From the NCBI GenBank assembly GCA_963742005.1, contig CAVUKG010000021.1, positions 46,598 to 110,597 of the forward strand: a stretch of 64,000 nt of DNA, written 5' to 3'. The translations under genes and the position numbers were made by a program. Positions 61,901-64,000 of the stretch are shown here, one piece after another; positions within the stretch are counted from its first letter, which is position 1, and every line of letters starts with the position of its first letter. The stretch comes from an uncultured Gammaproteobacteria bacterium (lineage in GTDB: Bacteria; Pseudomonadota; Gammaproteobacteria; Enterobacterales; Enterobacteriaceae). The notes beneath the pieces were generated by a model, which searched no databases, was not told where the DNA came from, and was given only the letters and a program-made list of their open reading frames with translations.

Positions 61901-64000
61901 CTCTCTGCAGGTGACCGACGATACCGGCACCACCCTGGTGCAGCTGGCCGACGGGGCCAGCACCCACGACAATACGCCGACCCTGAGCGGCCTGGCCGGT
62001 GCCAACGACACCATCACCCTCTACAACGGTAACGTGGTGCTGGGTACCGCGACGGCGGATGCCAACGGCCAGTGGGTGTTTGACACCTCGACGCTGCCGG
62101 ACGGGACCTATGTCTTCCACGCGCTGGCGACCGATGCAGCGGGCAATACCGCCGACTCGGGCAATATCACTATTATCATCGATACCGTCGCACCGGCCGC
62201 TGCGGGCGATCTGCAGCTGACCAATAACGATGGCAGCACCCTGGTGCCTATCGTCTCCGGCGACGCCACCAACGACAACACCCCGGTGTTTAGCGGTACC
62301 GCAGAACCCGGCAGCACGGTCACCATTAGTGATGGCACTACCGTGTTGGGCACGGTCACTGCGGGCAGTGACGGCAGTTGGAGCTACACCACGCCAACCC
62401 TGACCGAGGGCGATCATAACCTGACCACTACCGTCACCGATGCGGCAGGTAACACCAGCCCGGCCTCCGATCCTATCACTTTCACCGTAGACACTACGGC
62501 TCCGGCGGCGGTTACTGCTCTGGTAGTGACTGACGATGTCGGCGACAGCACCGGTGCCCTGGCATCGGGCGCGACCACCGACGACAGCACGCCTACCCTG
62601 AGCGGGCAGGCCGAAGCCGGGACCACCGTCAGCGTTTATGACGGCACCACCCTGCTGGGCACCACCACCGTCGCAGCCGACGGCAGCTGGAACTTCATCT
62701 CACCGACGCTGAGCAACGGCGATCACAGCCTGACCACCACCGTGACCGATGCGGCGGGCAACGTCAGCCCGGCATCGCCAGCCTTTGACCTGACCGTCGA
62801 CGCAGGGCTGCCACCGGCGACCAGCTCTCTGCAGGTGACCGACGATACCGGTACCACCCTGGTGCAGCTGGCCGACGGGGCCAGCACCCACGACAATACG
62901 CCGACCCTGAGCGGCCTGGCCGGTGCCAACGACACCATCACCCTCTACAACGGCGACGTGGTGCTGGGTACCGCGACGGCGGATGCCAACGGCCAGTGGG
63001 TGTTTGACACCTCGACGCTGCCGGACGGGACCTATGTCTTCCACGCGCTGGCGACCGATGCGGCGGGCAACACCGCCGACTCGGGCAATATCACTATTAT
63101 CATCGATACCGTCGCACCGGCCGCTGCGGACGATCTGCAGCTGAACAACAACGATGGCAGCACCCTGGTGCCCATCGTCTCCGGCGACGCCACCAACGAC
63201 AACACCCCGGTGTTTAGCGGTACCGCAGAACCCGGCAGCACGGTCACCATTACTGATGGCACTACCGTGTTGGGCACGGTCACTGCGGGCAGCGACGGCA
63301 CCTGGAGCTACACCACGCCAACCCTGAGCGAGGGCGGTCACAGCCTGACCACTACCGTCACCGATGCGGCAGGTAACACCAGCCCGGCATCGACGCCTAT
63401 CACCTTTAGCGTCGATACCGTGCCTCCGTCCACGGCGAGCAATCTGCAACTGAGCAACGATCAGACCGGAACCCTGGTGCCGATTACCGACGGCGCAACC
63501 AATGACACTACCCCAGTGTTGAGCGGTTTCGCGGAGCCGGGCAGCACGGTGACCATTTCTGACGGGGCTACGGTACTGGGTACCACTACCGTCGCGACTG
63601 ACGGGACCTGGAGTTACACCACCCCAACGCTGGCCGAGGGCGATCACAACCTGACCGCTGTGGTAACCGATGCGGCGGGCAACAGCAGCGCGGCAACGGC
63701 CCCGCTCCCTGTTACCGTCGATACCATTGCCCCGATTGCGGCTACCGACCTGCTGCTCAGCAACGACCAGAGCGGCACGGCGGTTCCGATCACCGACGGC
63801 ACGACCAATGACTCTTCACCATTATTAAGCGGCAACGCAGAGCCAGGCAGCACGATAACCGTCTCAGATGGCACCACGGTGCTGGGTACCGCGACCGCGG
63901 CCGCTGACGGCAGCTGGAGTTATAGCATTCCCGCGCTTAGCGAAGGCGATCATAGCCTGACCACCACCGTGACCGATGCGGCGGGTAATGTCAGCCCGGC
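58920..64000 (+). CDS. giant BapA-like Ig-repeat adhesin (probable T1SS substrate), 5' part; runs off the right edge
   Basis: ATG at 58920, still in frame at the window end (>1690 codons): BapA-type N-terminus (..FTRNGNDLVV..LVLQD..ALWW), Gly-rich linker, repeated DTTAP..TPTLSG.AEAGSTV..DG.TLLGT..GTWSFT..TDAAGN domains. Confidence 0.92.
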   Translation, partial: MNNISVTPKGGTIATESSGNQITLTAPSLVKLHLSQSDIKSFTRNGNDLVVTTKSGEVLVIHNFYSPNGDSDLVLQDNHGALWWVEDPGSEGFHYVSIDSTDAILAEGSSGNAATTAAYGIAGGALLAGLIALAGGGGGGHSNGDNDGNSGGNNGGGNNGGGNNGGGDTTAPGAATNLLISDNVGTQQGAITNGTSTDDNTPTLSGNAEAGSTVNIYDGSTLLGTATVAANGTWSFTSPALTDGQHSLSVTVTDAAGNTSAATTPVTFTVDTVPPVAAGDLQLSNDGVPIASGGSTNDTTPTLSGTAEPGSTVTISDGGTVLGTVTVGNDGTWNYTTPTLGDGGHSITTTVTDPAGNTSPSSDPITFTVDTSIPAAATGLVVTDNVGETQGPLASGAVTDDSTPTLSGQAEAGSTVNIYDGTTLLGSATVGADGNWSFTSPALADGQHSLTVTVTDAAGNTSAATTPFTLTTDTVAPAAVGDLTVTNNDGATPVPIAQNGATNDSTPVLTGTAEAGSTVTITDGTIVLGTVTVGADGSWSFTSPTLADGSHTLSITATDAAGNVSPATTFTVDVDTVAPAATTGLTVTDDVGAVQGPLTSGATTDDSTPTLSGQAEAGTTVSVYDGTTLLGTTTVAADGSWSFTPPALSNGDHILTTTVTDAAGNVSPASPAFDLTVDAGLPPATSSLEVTDDTGTTLVQLADGASTHDNTPTLSGLAGANDTITLYNGDVLLGTATADANGQWVFDTSTLPDGTYVFHAVATDAGGNAADSGNITIIIDTVAPATAGDLQLNNDNGSSEVPIASGGATNDNTPVFSGTAEPGSTVTITDGTTVLGTVTVGSDGTWSYTTPTLSEGGHSLTTTVTDAAGNTSPASDPITFTVDTTAPAAATGLVVTDDVGDSTGALASGDTTDDSTPTLSGQAEAGTTVSVYDGTTLLGTTTVAADGSWSFTPPALSNGDHSLTTTVTDAAGNVSPASPAFDLTVDAGLPPATSSLQVTDDTGTTLVQLADGASTHDNTPTLSGLAGANDTITLYNGNVVLGTATADANGQWVFDTSTLPDGTYVFHALATDAAGNTADSGNITIIIDTVAPAAAGDLQLTNNDGSTLVPIVSGDATNDNTPVFSGTAEPGSTVTISDGTTVLGTVTAGSDGSWSYTTPTLTEGDHNLTTTVTDAAGNTSPASDPITFTVDTTAPAAVTALVVTDDVGDSTGALASGATTDDSTPTLSGQAEAGTTVSVYDGTTLLGTTTVAADGSWNFISPTLSNGDHSLTTTVTDAAGNVSPASPAFDLTVDAGLPPATSSLQVTDDTGTTLVQLADGASTHDNTPTLSGLAGANDTITLYNGDVVLGTATADANGQWVFDTSTLPDGTYVFHALATDAAGNTADSGNITIIIDTVAPAAADDLQLNNNDGSTLVPIVSGDATNDNTPVFSGTAEPGSTVTITDGTTVLGTVTAGSDGTWSYTTPTLSEGGHSLTTTVTDAAGNTSPASTPITFSVDTVPPSTASNLQLSNDQTGTLVPITDGATNDTTPVLSGFAEPGSTVTISDGATVLGTTTVATDGTWSYTTPTLAEGDHNLTAVVTDAAGNSSAATAPLPVTVDTIAPIAATDLLLSNDQSGTAVPITDGTTNDSSPLLSGNAEPGSTITVSDGTTVLGTATAAADGSWSYSIPALSEGDHSLTTTVTDAAGNVSP
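59370..59420 (+). repeat. 15-bp tandem repeat encoding about three GGNNG units
   Basis: ggtggcaacaatggc ggtggcaacaacggc ggtggtaacaacggc ggtggc. Confidence 0.8.
60642..63413 (+). repeat. three tandem 924-bp units, each encoding three Ig-like domains
   Basis: Unit starts at 60642, 61566 and 62490; identical shadow ORFs recur at a 924-bp offset (61799/62723; 60875 differs at two residues). Confidence 0.9.

Noticed and set aside
60003-63877. Numerous long minus-strand ORFs
   Set aside because: Antisense shadows of the repetitive adhesin gene

Overview
Enterobacterales chromosomal window. 1-6564 is the conserved core block hemA(partial)-lolB-ispE-prs-ychH-pth-(secreted hypothetical)-ychF. The 3' end of ychF is an integration hotspot. 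An ~18.4 kb defence island (6552-25114) is bracketed by a 158-bp direct repeat that begins inside the last ychF codons. It carries a decayed IS3-family element, gene remnants (including a UvrD/GajB-like helicase tail), a type I R-M operon with a PD-(D/E)xK/DUF4268-like gene between hsdS and hsdR, a complete divergently transcribed type I Zorya operon (zorABCD), and a degenerate tRNA-Thr 3' fragment near its right end. No integrase is visible. Further accessory DNA follows: a tannase/HbpS/aldo-keto reductase module, gene debris, and an AT-rich ~12.5 kb metabolic cluster (30498-43063). That cluster comprises frameshifted LysR and ilvD, a metC-like C-S lyase, an NtaA-type flavin monooxygenase, a BenE transporter, an atypical enolase-superfamily enzyme, then GST, a stand-alone carrier protein, a gamma-glutamylcyclotransferase, a DUF6421-like metalloenzyme and a TPP decarboxylase. 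It is the best candidate for an undescribed system. The window ends with a TetR-controlled RND efflux locus, an oxidoreductase/peptide-ABC/dipeptidase operon, and the 5' ~5 kb of a giant BapA-like Ig-repeat adhesin that is absent from the ORF track because it runs off the window. All family assignments come from motif recognition by eye, not database searches.
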